A stretch of 52,301 bases of DNA, from assembly GCA_035632215.1 (NCBI GenBank), contig DASQHF010000050.1, positions 1-52,301 on the forward strand, given 5' to 3'. Numbering within the stretch: position 1 is the first letter of the stretch; each line of letters opens with the position of its first letter. The notes beneath the pieces are model-generated. The model had not been told where the DNA came from. It made no database searches and worked only from the letters and a program-made list of their open reading frames with translations. Made by a program: the position numbers and the translations under genes. This DNA comes from Micropepsaceae bacterium. Lineage in GTDB: Bacteria > Pseudomonadota > Alphaproteobacteria > Micropepsales > Micropepsaceae. This document shows positions 8,616 through 18,564 of this stretch, in pieces.

Positions 8616-10940
8616 TTGCCGTCTTTGTCACGAAGTCTGGAACAAGCCCTGCACCGCGCCATCCGGTTCGCGAGCGAGCGCAGGCATGAGTATGCGACGC
8701 TCGAGCATCTTCTCTTGGCGCTCGTCGATGATGCCGATGCGGCCCAGGTCATGCGCGCTTGCAACGTGGATTTGGAAGCACTGAAGACCGGTCTGACCAA
8801 GTATGTCGACGACGACCTTGCCACGCTCACGATCGAGGATGGCGAAGACGCCAAGCCGACGACTGGCTTCCAGCGTGTCGTTCAGCGCGCCGTCCTGCAC
8901 GTCCAGAACTCGGGACGCGACGAGGTGACAGGAGCCAATGTTCTCGTGGCGCTCTTCTCCGAGCGCGAATCCCACGCCGTCTATTTCCTGCAAGAGCAGA
9001 ACATGTCGCGGCTCGACGCGGTCAATTACATGAGCCACGGCATCGCGAAACGTCCCGGCATGAGTCAGTCGAAGCCCGTGCGCGGCGCCGAGGAAGAAGA
9101 GGAAAATTCCGAGAAGGTCGTCAAGCAGGGCACCGAGGCGCTCGAGGCCTATTGCATCAATCTGAACGACAAGGCGCGCAAGGGGCGGATCGATCCCTTG
9201 ATCGGCCGCGACGCCGAGGTCGAGCGCACCATCCAAATCCTCTGCCGCCGCCACAAGAACAACCCGTTGTTCGTGGGCGATCCAGGCGTCGGCAAGACGG
9301 CCATCGCCGAAGGTCTCGCGCGCAAGATCGTCAAGGCGGAAGTGCCAGAAGTCCTGAAGGGATGCACCATCTATTCGCTCGACATGGGCTCGCTCATTGC
9401 CGGCACCCGCTATCGCGGCGACTTCGAAGAGCGCGTCAAGTCGGTGGTGAAAGAGCTCGAAGCCTTGAAAGGCGCGATCCTCTTCATCGATGAGATCCAC
9501 ACGGTCATCGGCGCGGGCGCGACGTCGGGCGGCGCAATGGACGCTTCGAACCTCTTGAAGCCGGCGCTGCAGGCCGGAACGCTGCGCTGCATCGGCTCGA
9601 CGACCTACAAGGAATATCGCCAGTACTTCGAGAAGGACCGCGCGCTTGTGCGCCGCTTCCAGAAGATCGACGTGGCCGAACCCACCGTTCCGGATGCAAT
9701 CAAGATTCTGAAAGGCCTAAAACCTTACTTCGAGGAGTACCACAAGGTCCGCTATACCGCGGAAGCGGTGAAGGCTGCCGTCGAGCTCGCCGCCAAATAC
9801 ATCAATGACCGCAAGCTCCCCGACAAGGCGATCGATGTGATCGATGAAGTCGGCGCCTCGCAGATGCTTCTCCCTGAGAGCAAGCGCAAGAAGGTCATCG
9901 GCGTCAAGGAAGTCGAGGAGGTCGTTGCAAAGATCGCACGCATTCCGCCCAAGTCGGTATCCAAGACCGATGCGGAAGCATTAAGGACGCTCGAGGACGA
10001 TCTGAAACGCGTCGTGTATGGCCAGGATTCGGCGATCCACGCGCTCGCTTCGGCGATCAAGCTCGCGCGCGCCGGGCTTCGCCAGCCGGAAAAGCCGATC
10101 GGCTGCTATCTGTTCTCCGGCCCGACGGGCGTAGGCAAGACCGAAGTCGCGCGCCAGCTCGCGCGCGTCATGGGCGTCGAGCTCCTGCGCTTCGACATGT
10201 CGGAATACATGGAGCGTCACACCGTATCGCGATTGATCGGAGCCCCGCCAGGCTATGTCGGCTTCGATCAGGGCGGGCTCTTGACCGACGGTGTTGATCA
10301 GCATCCGCATTGTGTGCTGCTGTTGGATGAGATCGAAAAGGCCCATATGGATCTTTTCAACATCCTCTTGCAGGTGATGGATCACGGGAAACTGACCGAC
10401 CACAACGGCAAGAAGATCGATTTCCGCAACGTGGTCCTGATCATGACCACGAATGCAGGCGCGTCCGACGCAGCGAAGGAGTCGATCGGCTTCGGCCGGG
10501 GAAAACGCGAAGGCGAGGACGAAGAGGCGATCAAGCGCCTGTTCACGCCCGAGTTCCGCAATCGTCTGGACGCCACGATTACTTTTGCGGCGTTGTCTCG
10601 CTCGACCATCGACCGCGTGGTGGAAAAATTCGTGCTCGAGCTCGAGGCCCAGCTCATCGACCGCGACGTCACATTCGATCTGACGCCCGAAGCCACGCGC
10701 TGGCTCGGCGAGAAGGGCTATGACGACTCCTTCGGCGCCCGTCCGCTCGCGCGTGTGATCCAGGAGAACATCAAGAAGCCCTTGGCCGACGAGATTCTCT
10801 TCGGCCGCTTGAAGAACGGCGGCACCGTGCGCGTGCTTCTCGACCGCGAGAACGATAAGCTCGCTTTCGAGTTTATTACTGATGAAAAGGCGGCGGCTCC
10901 GCCTGAAGAGGGCAAGAAGAAGCCCAAGGAAGAAGTGTAA
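8616..10940 (+). CDS. clpA: ATP-dependent Clp protease ATP-binding subunit ClpA
   Basis: 774 aa with a TTG start. There are two AAA+ modules with Walker A motifs GDPGVGKT and GPTGVGKT, and the N-domain is ClpA-like. Confidence 0.95.
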   Translation: MPSLSRSLEQALHRAIRFASERRHEYATLEHLLLALVDDADAAQVMRACNVDLEALKTGLTKYVDDDLATLTIEDGEDAKPTTGFQRVVQRAVLHVQNSGRDEVTGANVLVALFSERESHAVYFLQEQNMSRLDAVNYMSHGIAKRPGMSQSKPVRGAEEEEENSEKVVKQGTEALEAYCINLNDKARKGRIDPLIGRDAEVERTIQILCRRHKNNPLFVGDPGVGKTAIAEGLARKIVKAEVPEVLKGCTIYSLDMGSLIAGTRYRGDFEERVKSVVKELEALKGAILFIDEIHTVIGAGATSGGAMDASNLLKPALQAGTLRCIGSTTYKEYRQYFEKDRALVRRFQKIDVAEPTVPDAIKILKGLKPYFEEYHKVRYTAEAVKAAVELAAKYINDRKLPDKAIDVIDEVGASQMLLPESKRKKVIGVKEVEEVVAKIARIPPKSVSKTDAEALRTLEDDLKRVVYGQDSAIHALASAIKLARAGLRQPEKPIGCYLFSGPTGVGKTEVARQLARVMGVELLRFDMSEYMERHTVSRLIGAPPGYVGFDQGGLLTDGVDQHPHCVLLLDEIEKAHMDLFNILLQVMDHGKLTDHNGKKIDFRNVVLIMTTNAGASDAAKESIGFGRGKREGEDEEAIKRLFTPEFRNRLDATITFAALSRSTIDRVVEKFVLELEAQLIDRDVTFDLTPEATRWLGEKGYDDSFGARPLARVIQENIKKPLADEILFGRLKNGGTVRVLLDRENDKLAFEFITDEKAAAPPEEGKKKPKEEV

Positions 10941-10959
10941 CCGGCCGATGGAGGTTCAC

Positions 10960-11340
10960 ATGTCGATGCAGATTTTGCGCAACTCCCTTATCGCGTCCGC
11001 CTGCGGCGCGGCGCTCCTCGCGGTGCCGGCTTATGCCCATCACGGCTGGGGCGGCAATGTCGATCAAGTGACCGACATGACCGGCAAGGTCGTGCAGAGC
11101 GTGAGGCTCGCAGGTCCCCACGCGACCATGAAGATCGACTCGGGCGGGCACGTCTGGGACATCACGCTCGCGCCTCCGTTCCGCACCAGCGAAGCGGGAT
11201 TGAAGGAAGGCGCCATTCCCGTCGGCGAGACCGTGACCGTGCGCGGCAACCGCAACCGTGATCAGAAGAAGTTCGAGATGAAGACGATCATGGTGCAGTG
11301 GAACGGCAAGAAGTACGACGTCTATCCCGAACGCGAATAG
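10960..11340 (+). CDS. DUF6152-like secreted protein
   Basis: The ATG at 10960 is preceded by GGAGG with a 5-nt spacer. The signal peptide ends ...AVPAYA, and HHGWGG follows it. The size (about 126 aa) and the PH...W...G..V.V.G pattern resemble DUF6152 as I recall it. Confidence 0.6.
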   Translation: MSMQILRNSLIASACGAALLAVPAYAHHGWGGNVDQVTDMTGKVVQSVRLAGPHATMKIDSGGHVWDITLAPPFRTSEAGLKEGAIPVGETVTVRGNRNRDQKKFEMKTIMVQWNGKKYDVYPERE

Positions 11341-11349
11341 ACGCTTCAC

Positions 11350-11841
11350 TTGACGCTCGCGCAGTTTGCGGCGTGGTTCGAGGGCTCGTTCCTGGGCCAC
11401 GCCATGCGCGATTCCGGCGTCTGGACCTACGGCGTCGTCAATCTCGCGCACATCTTGGGCGTTGCGCTTCTCTTCGGCTCGATCGCGGTTCTCGACTTGA
11501 GGCTGATCGGAGTGTGGCGGCAAGTGCCGCTCGCGGCGCTGTCCAAACCCATCGTGCCGATGGCGACGATAGGGTTCCTCCTCGCCTCGATCACGGGCTT
11601 AGGCCTGCTGGCCACAAAGACGACCGATTATCTCGGCAATCCGTTCCTCTACGCCAAGTTTCCGATCATCGGACTGGCGCTTCTGAACGTGCTGCTGCTT
11701 CACCGCTCGGCCGCCTGGAAGGCGCATAGATTGCGCGACTTGTCGGATGGCGAAAAGTCGCAGCTGGCGCGGATGGGCGGCGCCTCGCTCGTGTTCTGGC
11801 TCGGCGCGATCAGCACCGGGCGCATGATTGGTTATTGGTGA
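11350..11841 (+). CDS. small integral membrane protein (about 4 TM), unknown function
   Basis: 163 aa with a TTG start 10 nt after the upstream stop. There are four clear hydrophobic segments. I do not recognise the family with confidence. Confidence 0.55.
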   Translation: MTLAQFAAWFEGSFLGHAMRDSGVWTYGVVNLAHILGVALLFGSIAVLDLRLIGVWRQVPLAALSKPIVPMATIGFLLASITGLGLLATKTTDYLGNPFLYAKFPIIGLALLNVLLLHRSAAWKAHRLRDLSDGEKSQLARMGGASLVFWLGAISTGRMIGYW

Positions 11842-11843
11842 GC

Positions 11844-12134
11844 CTAAACCGGATCGCCGTAGTGCAGCACCGTTAGCGGGGCATCGTAGAAATGATGCGA
11901 AGCCGCGCGCCATTTCTGATACTGCTCCGAGCCTCGAAAACCCACGGTATGGTCCTCGACCGTGTCCCACCAGACGAGGAGCAGATAGCTCCCCTCCTGC
12001 TCCACGCATGGCCGCACTTCGATCTTGTGGAAGCCCTTGCTCGCTTGAATGAGCGGGAGCGCTTCCTTTAGCGCCGCTTCGAACGCTTCTTCCCGTCCTG
12101 CCTTGATGGGAAGAATCGTGGATTCGACGATCAT
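11844..12134 (-). CDS. antibiotic biosynthesis monooxygenase (ABM) domain protein
   Basis: The ATG at 12134 (MIVESTILPIKAGREEAFEAA...) gives 96 aa, the typical single ferredoxin-like ABM fold size. The longer ORF reaching 12260 would overlap the HIT gene. Confidence 0.7.
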   Translation of the reverse strand: MIVESTILPIKAGREEAFEAALKEALPLIQASKGFHKIEVRPCVEQEGSYLLLVWWDTVEDHTVGFRGSEQYQKWRAASHHFYDAPLTVLHYGDPV

Positions 12135-12138
12135 CGTC

Positions 12139-12558
12139 TCACTCCAGCGCCGCTCTGATCTTTTCGGCGAAGGTTTTGAGCTTGTCGGGATTCTCCATCT
12201 GGCGCGCATGCAGGCGGAAATCGACGCCGGCGCTCCGCGGAATGATGTGGAAATGCACATGGAAAACGCTCTGGCCGGCGGGCGAGCCGTTCAATTGCGC
12301 GATCATGATTCCCGGCGCGCCGACGCCCTTCTTCACTGCCTTGGCCACCCGCCGGGTCGTCGCCATCATCGCGGTCGCTCCTTCCGCCGAGAGATCGAAG
12401 ATGTTCTCAGCCGGCTCTTTCGGGATGACGAGGACGTGGCCATCCGCCTGCGGCATCACATCCATGAAAGCGAGCGTCTTCGCGTCCTCGTAGACTTTCA
12501 CCGACGGAATTTCGCCGCGCAGAATCTTCGCGAACACATTATTGGGATCGTAGGCCAT
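12139..12558 (-). CDS. HIT family protein (histidine triad nucleotide hydrolase)
   Basis: 139 aa with the histidine triad HVHFHIIP and an N-terminal FAKILRGEIP motif. Confidence 0.9.
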   Translation of the reverse strand: MAYDPNNVFAKILRGEIPSVKVYEDAKTLAFMDVMPQADGHVLVIPKEPAENIFDLSAEGATAMMATTRRVAKAVKKGVGAPGIMIAQLNGSPAGQSVFHVHFHIIPRSAGVDFRLHARQMENPDKLKTFAEKIRAALE

Positions 12559-12607
12559 TCTTTTGTCCTCATCGCGCTCAGGATGAGAGCAAATTAGAGG
12601 TTAGCTT

Positions 12608-13780
12608 TCAGCTTGTCGAAGGGTGGGATTTCCTGAACGGTGCGCGTTCGGCGAGCTCCTCTATGTGCTCTGCGACGGCCTCGCGCTCGTCCTCCAGATA
12701 ATCGGCGACAGCGCGCCTCAATCCTGCGTGCGCGATGTAGTGGGCCGAATAGGTCGGGCGCGGCAGGTAGCCGCGTAAGAGCTTGTGTCCGCCCTGGGCG
12801 CCTGCCTCCACGCGCTCGAGCTTCTTCTCGATCGCGAAATCGATGGCCTGGTAGTAGCAGGCCTCGAAATGCAGGAACGGAACGTAGGCCGTGCAGCCCC
12901 AATTGCGGCCATAGAGCGTCGTCTCGTCGAAGAAATTGAGCGCGCCGGCGATGTAGCGGCCGTCCTGCTTGGCCATCACGAGAAGGATCTGTTCGCCCAT
13001 GCTCGCGCCAACCATGCTGAAAAAGGGACGCGTGAGATAGGGCGGGTTCCATTTCTGGTTCCCGGTGGTCACGTAACAATCGAAGAACGCGTCCCACACG
13101 CTCTCAGTCAGGTCGCTCCCGGTGAGCCAGTCGAAACTTACGCCCTCGGCAATCACGGCAGCGCGTTCCTTGCGTAAGTTCTTGCGCTTGGCGGAAGCCA
13201 GCTCGCTCAGAAATTCATGAAACGAACCGTAGCGGTGGTTCTCCCAGTGGAACTGCTTGTCCGTACGCAAGAGATAGCCGGCCTCTTCCGCGATCCTCCA
13301 TTCGCCTTCGGTCATGAAGGTGATGTGCAGCGAGGAAGCGCGCAGCTCTCCCACCATCTCCTGGGCGGCCTGGAGGAGGAGGCTTGCTGTGGCGTGCTCG
13401 TCTTCGCCGGGCCCGATCAGAAGCCGCCGCCCGGTCGCCGGTGTGAAGGGAACGCTCGCTTGCAGTTTCGGGTAATAGCGACCGCCGGCGCGCGCGAACG
13501 CCTCGGCCCAGCCGTGGTCGAAGACATATTCGCCATAGGAGTGACTTTTCAGATAGAGCGGCAGGAGGGCGATCGGCTTCTCATCGCGCTCCAGGACGAG
13601 GTGCACCGGCCGCCACCCGGTCTTCGCCGTCGCGGAGCCGGAATTCTCGAGCGCGGCGAAAAAAGCATGGCGCGTAAATGGGTGGGGGAGGCGCGCACCC
13701 AAAGGATTGGCCAGCGCGTCCCAAACCTTGGCTCCGATTTGGCGTGCTTCGCCGCCGAGTTTTGCCGCGATCCCGCTCAC
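12608..13780 (-). CDS. DUF482 / FemAB-like GNAT-fold acyltransferase family protein
   Basis: 390 aa. The pattern (HPFTRHAFFAALE.SGS, YGRNWG, FEACYYQAIDFAI) matches my memory of the COG3146/DUF482 family. Confidence 0.65.
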   Translation of the reverse strand: MSGIAAKLGGEARQIGAKVWDALANPLGARLPHPFTRHAFFAALENSGSATAKTGWRPVHLVLERDEKPIALLPLYLKSHSYGEYVFDHGWAEAFARAGGRYYPKLQASVPFTPATGRRLLIGPGEDEHATASLLLQAAQEMVGELRASSLHITFMTEGEWRIAEEAGYLLRTDKQFHWENHRYGSFHEFLSELASAKRKNLRKERAAVIAEGVSFDWLTGSDLTESVWDAFFDCYVTTGNQKWNPPYLTRPFFSMVGASMGEQILLVMAKQDGRYIAGALNFFDETTLYGRNWGCTAYVPFLHFEACYYQAIDFAIEKKLERVEAGAQGGHKLLRGYLPRPTYSAHYIAHAGLRRAVADYLEDEREAVAEHIEELAERAPFRKSHPSTS

Positions 13781-14244
13781 GCAATCTCGAATGTCGCTTC
13801 GATCTCCACCGCAACATTGCGCGGCAGCGACGAGCAGCCGACGGCCGCGCGCGCATGCCGGCCTTTATCGCCGAAGATTTGCGTGAAGAGATCGGAAGCG
13901 CCGTTGACCACTTCGGGATGCTGCGCAAAGCCCGGAACTGCATTGACGAAACCGGTCACTTTAACGACGCGACTTACGCGGTCGAGATCGCCGTCAAGCG
14001 CGGACTTTGCTTGTGCGATAACGTTGAGCGCGGCGAGCCGCGCCGCCGCTTTACCTTCTTCGACCCCGAATTCGCGCCCCAAGGCGCCGACGTATTCAAG
14101 GCCATTCGACCCGTGTGTGACCTGGCCCGAGACGAAGAGGAGAGATCCGGCTCTGACCCACGGGACGTAGGAACCTTGCGCCGGAGCGGGCGTGGGAAGC
14201 GCAATGTTCAGCTCTCCCAATCTCGCTTCGATGCGACCGCTCAT
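13777..14244 (-). CDS. RidA/YjgF family protein
   Basis: 155 aa with a YjgF/RidA-like core (LLFVSGQ..., RAAVGCSSLPRNVAVEIE). Its stop overlaps the downstream start by 4 nt. Confidence 0.8.
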   Translation of the reverse strand: MSGRIEARLGELNIALPTPAPAQGSYVPWVRAGSLLFVSGQVTHGSNGLEYVGALGREFGVEEGKAAARLAALNVIAQAKSALDGDLDRVSRVVKVTGFVNAVPGFAQHPEVVNGASDLFTQIFGDKGRHARAAVGCSSLPRNVAVEIEATFEIA

Positions 14245-14351
14245 CGTTCCTCTCTTGTGCTAGCAAGCTAACGCGTGCGGACGCATGTGGCGAGGGGGCT
14301 CCACACTCGATGCGAAAAGTGGTTAGGTCCTTGGGTAGGTATGGTGAGTAC

Positions 14352-15398
14352 ATGAAGAAGCTGGAAGATGCCACCGCGCCCGTGCCTTCGCAGCACGGGT
14401 TCTTCATGCCGGCGGAGTGGGACACGCATCGGCGCACTTGGATGTGTTGGCCAACGCGCCCCGAATGCTTCGGCGGACCGGAAGGAATGTTGCGGGCAAA
14501 ACAGGCCTATGCGCGCGTCGCTCGCGCGATCTCGGCGTTCGAGCCGGTGACGATCGCGGCGCGCGCATCCGACTCGGCGGAAGCCCGTTTTGCGACCTGC
14601 GGCAAAGGCGAGGTCATCGAGGTCGCCTTGGATGATTCCTGGGCGCGTGATTTCGGCCCGACGTTCATCAAGAACCGCAATGGCCGGATCGCAGGCATTC
14701 AATGGGTGTTCAACGCCTGGGGCGAGAAGTATCGCCCCTACAGCAACGACGCGATGTTCGCGCGCCGGGTCGTGGACATGGCAGGCATGCCCCTCTACCG
14801 GGCGCCGCTCGTTTGCGAAGGAGGGGCGCTGCACGTCGACGGTGAAGGGACCTTGCTCACCACGGAGCAGTGCCTGCTCAACCCGAACCGCAATCCTAAA
14901 GCCACACGCGAAGCGGTCGAGGACTGCTTGAGGCTTTACCTTGGCGTGCGGCAGATCGTCTGGCTCGGCAACGGCTTCTCCGACGTCGAGACCGACGGGC
15001 ACGTCGACAACATCGCGTGTTTTATAGCGCCCGGCCGCGTCATCGTTGGAATTCCCGGTCACAGTCATCCAGACCACGAGGCGGTCAAAGAGGCGATCCG
15101 CCGCCTTCGCGAGGCACGCGACGCGAACGGACGCAGTCTCGAGATCATCGAGCTACCGCAGCCCAGGAAACTGCGTCCATCGTGGTCCGGAAGCCTGCTC
15201 CAGACGAGCTACGTCAACTTCTCTCTCGCGAACGGCGCCGTCGTGATGCCAGCCTTTGGCGATGTGAACGACGAGAAAGCGCGCACGCTGCTCGCTGCCT
15301 GCTTTCCTGGCCGCGACATCATGCAAATCGATGCGCTCGATATCGTTCAAGGCGGCGGGGGCATCCATTGCATCACGCAGCAGGAACCCGGAGCTTAA
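14352..15398 (+). CDS. aguA: agmatine deiminase
   Basis: GFFMPAEWDTH, WARDFGPTF, the GDVN loop and the C-terminal GGGGIHCITQQ (catalytic Cys) are present. The ATG at 14352 is preferred over 14310 on N-terminal length. Confidence 0.9.
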   Translation: MKKLEDATAPVPSQHGFFMPAEWDTHRRTWMCWPTRPECFGGPEGMLRAKQAYARVARAISAFEPVTIAARASDSAEARFATCGKGEVIEVALDDSWARDFGPTFIKNRNGRIAGIQWVFNAWGEKYRPYSNDAMFARRVVDMAGMPLYRAPLVCEGGALHVDGEGTLLTTEQCLLNPNRNPKATREAVEDCLRLYLGVRQIVWLGNGFSDVETDGHVDNIACFIAPGRVIVGIPGHSHPDHEAVKEAIRRLREARDANGRSLEIIELPQPRKLRPSWSGSLLQTSYVNFSLANGAVVMPAFGDVNDEKARTLLAACFPGRDIMQIDALDIVQGGGGIHCITQQEPGA

Positions 15399-15401
15399 GC
15401 C

Positions 15402-16322
15402 GTGGCAACGAGATTGGCCGCGGCCCAGTTCTCCTGTTCGTGGGATCGCGCCAAGAACATCGCGAAGGCCAAAGACATGGTGCGCGAAGCAGCCGCGAAA
15501 GAAGCCGATCTCGTGCTGCTGCCCGAGCTGTTCGAGACCCCCTACTTTTGCCAGGACCAATCGGCGGACCATTACGCGTTGGCACGAACCTTCGAAGACA
15601 ATCCTCTGATCGCGGAATTTTCGGTACTCGCGAAAGAGCTCTCGGTCGTGCTGCCGTTGAGCTTCTTCGAGCGCGCGCACAACGCTTATTACAATTCGCT
15701 CGCGATCATCGATCGTGACGGTCGCTTGCTCGGCCGTTATCGCAAGTCGCACATTCCCGATGGGCCTGGCTATCAGGAGAAATTCTATTTCCGCCCCGGT
15801 GACACCGGTTTTCACGTCTGGACGACGGCGAGCGGCACACTCGGGCCCGCGATCTGCTGGGACCAGTGGTTTCCGGAAGCGGCGCGCATTCTCGCGCTCG
15901 AAGGCGCAGACGTGCTGCTCTATCCCACCGCCATCGGAAGCGAGCCGCCGCCCGCAACGCCGGTGGATTCGCGCGATCACTGGCGACGCGTCATGCAAGG
16001 CCACGCCGCGGCGAATTACGTTCCCGTGGTCGCGGCGAACCGTGTCGGCATCGAAAAGGGTCAAGCCAGCGAGCTGACCTTTTACGGATCCTCCTTCATC
16101 GCAGGTCCCACGGGCGAGATCGTCGCGGAATTGGACCGCGAGGAGGAAGGCGTCATCACGGCAAGCTTCGATTTTCCGGCGATTGCCAAAGCGCGCGCCT
16201 CCTGGGGGCTCTTTCGCGACCGCAGACCCGACCTCTACAAGCCGCTTCTCACCGGCGACGGCGATACGCAGGAAAACAAAACGCCCGCGAGCGTGAGCTC
16301 CGGGCGCGCCGATCAAGACTGA
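15402..16322 (+). CDS. aguB: N-carbamoylputrescine amidase
   Basis: 306 aa of the nitrilase superfamily, with the E-K-C triad context (LPELF..., YRKSHIP, ICWDQWFPE). It lies directly after aguA. Confidence 0.9.
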   Translation: MATRLAAAQFSCSWDRAKNIAKAKDMVREAAAKEADLVLLPELFETPYFCQDQSADHYALARTFEDNPLIAEFSVLAKELSVVLPLSFFERAHNAYYNSLAIIDRDGRLLGRYRKSHIPDGPGYQEKFYFRPGDTGFHVWTTASGTLGPAICWDQWFPEAARILALEGADVLLYPTAIGSEPPPATPVDSRDHWRRVMQGHAAANYVPVVAANRVGIEKGQASELTFYGSSFIAGPTGEIVAELDREEEGVITASFDFPAIAKARASWGLFRDRRPDLYKPLLTGDGDTQENKTPASVSSGRADQD

Positions 16323-16340
16323 CGAATTTGCTAGTTCAAT

Positions 16341-16384
16341 TTCGAAACGGTACTGGCCGCTCAAAACCGGCCAGTACCTTCGAA
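16341..16384. terminator. bidirectional hairpin between convergent aguB and the DUF3572 gene
   Basis: An 11-bp perfect stem pairs GGTACTGGCCG (16349-16359) with CGGCCAGTACC (16368-16378). The stem is extended by a TTCGAA/TTCGAA pairing after a 2-nt bulge. There is no clear U-tract. Confidence 0.55.
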
Positions 16385-16411
16385 ACCCGGTCAAGCTGCA
16401 TCACACTACGG

Positions 16412-16681
16412 CTAGTCGTTTGTGGCTCCTGGCAGCGCACGGCGCGCCTGATGAAGCGTTGTGGCGTCAAGCCCTTCGGCGGCCGCAAACCGTTCACAGA
16501 TGGAATCATCGGATAGCACGAAATCGAGAATCGCCGCCAGAAGCTCCGGCTCTTCCGCCCGACGGCGCAATTCCGCCGGTTCGAGGCCCGTGATCGCGAG
16601 GAAGCGCTGAAGCGTTTCGGCATCGGCTGCGATATGCGCAAGAGCTTTCAAGGCCAAGGTTTCCGCCGCTGAGCTCCGCAT
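16412..16681 (-). CDS. DUF3572 domain protein
   Basis: The ATG at 16681 (MRSSAAETLALKALAHIAADAETLQRFLAITGL...) gives 89 aa. It is divergent from divK, as in many alphaproteobacteria. Confidence 0.65.
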   Translation of the reverse strand: MRSSAAETLALKALAHIAADAETLQRFLAITGLEPAELRRRAEEPELLAAILDFVLSDDSICERFAAAEGLDATTLHQARRALPGATND

Positions 16682-16796
16682 CGTCAATCGCCCGTTAAGA
16701 CATCGGGAATAAGACATCCCTTCGGCGAAGAAGGAAAGGCGCGTGCGACGCCGTTTACTTCTCGTTAACGGACTTAGCGCGTGGCGGAGCTTCGAG

Positions 16797-17171
16797 ATGG
16801 ATGCATCGGCAAAGACGGTTCTGATCGTGGAGGACAACGAGCTCAACATGAAGCTCTTCCATGATCTGCTTGACGCCCACGGCTACCGAATCCTCCAGAC
16901 GAAAGATGGGATGGAAGCCCTCGATATCGCGCGTGAGCACCACCCCGATCTCATCCTGATGGACATCCAGCTTCCCGAAGTCTCCGGTCTCGAAGTGACG
17001 AAGTGGCTCAAGGAAGACGAATCGTTGCGTTCCATTCCCGTCGTCGCGGTCACTGCATTCGCGATGAAGGGCGACGAGGAGACGATCAGGCAGGGCGGCT
17101 GCGAGGCCTACATCTCCAAACCGATTTCGGTCACGAGTTTCCTCGAGACGGTCCGCCGTTTCCTCGGCTGA
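16797..17171 (+). CDS. divK: single-domain response regulator DivK
   Basis: The 124-aa REC domain reads [14 protein letters not shown]...[13 protein letters not shown]...AFAMKGDEE...YISKPI. It lies directly upstream of pleD. Confidence 0.88.
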   Translation: MDASAKTVLIVEDNELNMKLFHDLLDAHGYRILQTKDGMEALDIAREHHPDLILMDIQLPEVSGLEVTKWLKEDESLRSIPVVAVTAFAMKGDEETIRQGGCEAYISKPISVTSFLETVRRFLG

Positions 17172-17192
17172 AGCCGCACGGGTTAGCCCCTC

Positions 17193-18560
17193 ATGACCGC
17201 ACGCGTCCTTGTCGTTGATGACATCCTCTCCAACGTCAAGCTGTTGGAGGCAAAGCTCGCGGCGGAGTATTTCGAAGTCCTCACGGCGTCGAACGGCGAG
17301 CAGGCGCTCGCCCGCGTTAATGCCGATCTTCCCGACATTATCCTTCTCGACGTGATGATGCCCGGCATGGACGGATTCGAAGTCTGCCGCCGGATCAAAT
17401 CCAACACCAAGACGACGCATATTCCGATCATCATGGTGACCGCGCTCGACCAGCCGACGGACCGCGTCGCCGGCCTCGACGCCGGCGCCGACGACTTCCT
17501 GACGAAGCCCGTGGACGACACGGCCCTCTTCGCGCGCGTGCGCAGCCTCGTGCGCCTGAAGACCATGACGGATGAGCTCCGCATGCGGGAGGAGACGGGC
17601 CACAATATGGGGCTCGCCGATGCGGGCGAGATGCTTCTCGAGCCCGATCCTTCCGGCCGCATCCTCATCGTCGAAGACAGGCCCGAGTCGGTCGCATGGT
17701 TCAAGGCGAGCCTCGAGCCCAAGAACAACCTTGTCGACGTTTCCGGATTCGACGAGGCACTGGTGCTTGCCCGTGGCGGCGACTTCGATCTCATCGTGGT
17801 GAGCCTTGGGATCCGCGCTTTCGACGGCTTGAGGTTGTGTTCGCACCTGCGCTCGATTCCCGAAGCGCGCAACACGCCGATCCTCGTCCTCGTCAGCGAC
17901 GGCGAGAACCGCAAGCTCACCCAAGCGATCGACATGGGCGTCAACGACTATCTGATGCGCCCCGTGGACCGCAACGAGCTCTTGGCGCGCGTGCGCACGC
18001 AACTGCGCAAGAAGCGCTACGGCGACAGGCTGCGCCACAACATGCAGCTCAGCGTCGAAATGGCGATCAAGGACCAGCTCACCGGTTTGCACAATCGCAG
18101 ATATATGGCTCGCCATCTCGATACGCTGCTTAAGAATGCAACCGTCGGAAAGCCGATCTCGTTCCTGATCCTCGACATCGACTACTTCAAGTCCGTCAAT
18201 GACACGCACGGCCACGACATCGGCGACGAAGTCTTGCGCGAGTTCGCGGGCCGTGTTTCGGCGAGCGTGCGCGGCATCGATCTCGCCTGCCGTTATGGCG
18301 GCGAGGAGTTCGTCGTGGTGATGCCCGATACCGACCCGGGATTCGCTTACGCGGTGGCCGAGCGCCTGCGGCAGAGCGTGGAAACGGCGCCCTTTCCCAT
18401 CAGCCGCTCGCCCTGCCAACTGAATGTAACCGTGAGCATCGGAATTGCCTCCTCGCTTGGAGCAGGGGATACGTCCGAGAGCTTGCTCCACCGCGCGGAC
18501 CAGGCGCTCTATCGCGCCAAGCGCGAAGGCCGCAATCGCGTCATCGCCGAGGCGGCGTAG
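17193..18560 (+). CDS. pleD: response regulator / diguanylate cyclase PleD
   Basis: 455 aa with REC-REC-GGDEF architecture and the active site RYGGEEFVVVMP. Confidence 0.92.
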   Translation: MTARVLVVDDILSNVKLLEAKLAAEYFEVLTASNGEQALARVNADLPDIILLDVMMPGMDGFEVCRRIKSNTKTTHIPIIMVTALDQPTDRVAGLDAGADDFLTKPVDDTALFARVRSLVRLKTMTDELRMREETGHNMGLADAGEMLLEPDPSGRILIVEDRPESVAWFKASLEPKNNLVDVSGFDEALVLARGGDFDLIVVSLGIRAFDGLRLCSHLRSIPEARNTPILVLVSDGENRKLTQAIDMGVNDYLMRPVDRNELLARVRTQLRKKRYGDRLRHNMQLSVEMAIKDQLTGLHNRRYMARHLDTLLKNATVGKPISFLILDIDYFKSVNDTHGHDIGDEVLREFAGRVSASVRGIDLACRYGGEEFVVVMPDTDPGFAYAVAERLRQSVETAPFPISRSPCQLNVTVSIGIASSLGAGDTSESLLHRADQALYRAKREGRNRVIAEAA

Positions 18561-18564
18561 CCGC

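Noticed and set aside
16755-18491. Very long antisense ORFs. Examples are 578 aa opposite divK-pleD, 529 aa at 49650..51239 opposite the TPR gene, 460 aa at 24781..26163, 413 aa at 15153..16394, 419 aa at 29543..30802, 398 aa at 47810..49006, 370 aa at 36745..37857 and 290 aa at 8628..9500.
   Set aside because: Each lies fully opposite a gene with unmistakable family motifs. The translations are Arg/Ala/Gly/Pro-rich with no recognisable domains. Stop-poor shadow frames are expected at this GC content.
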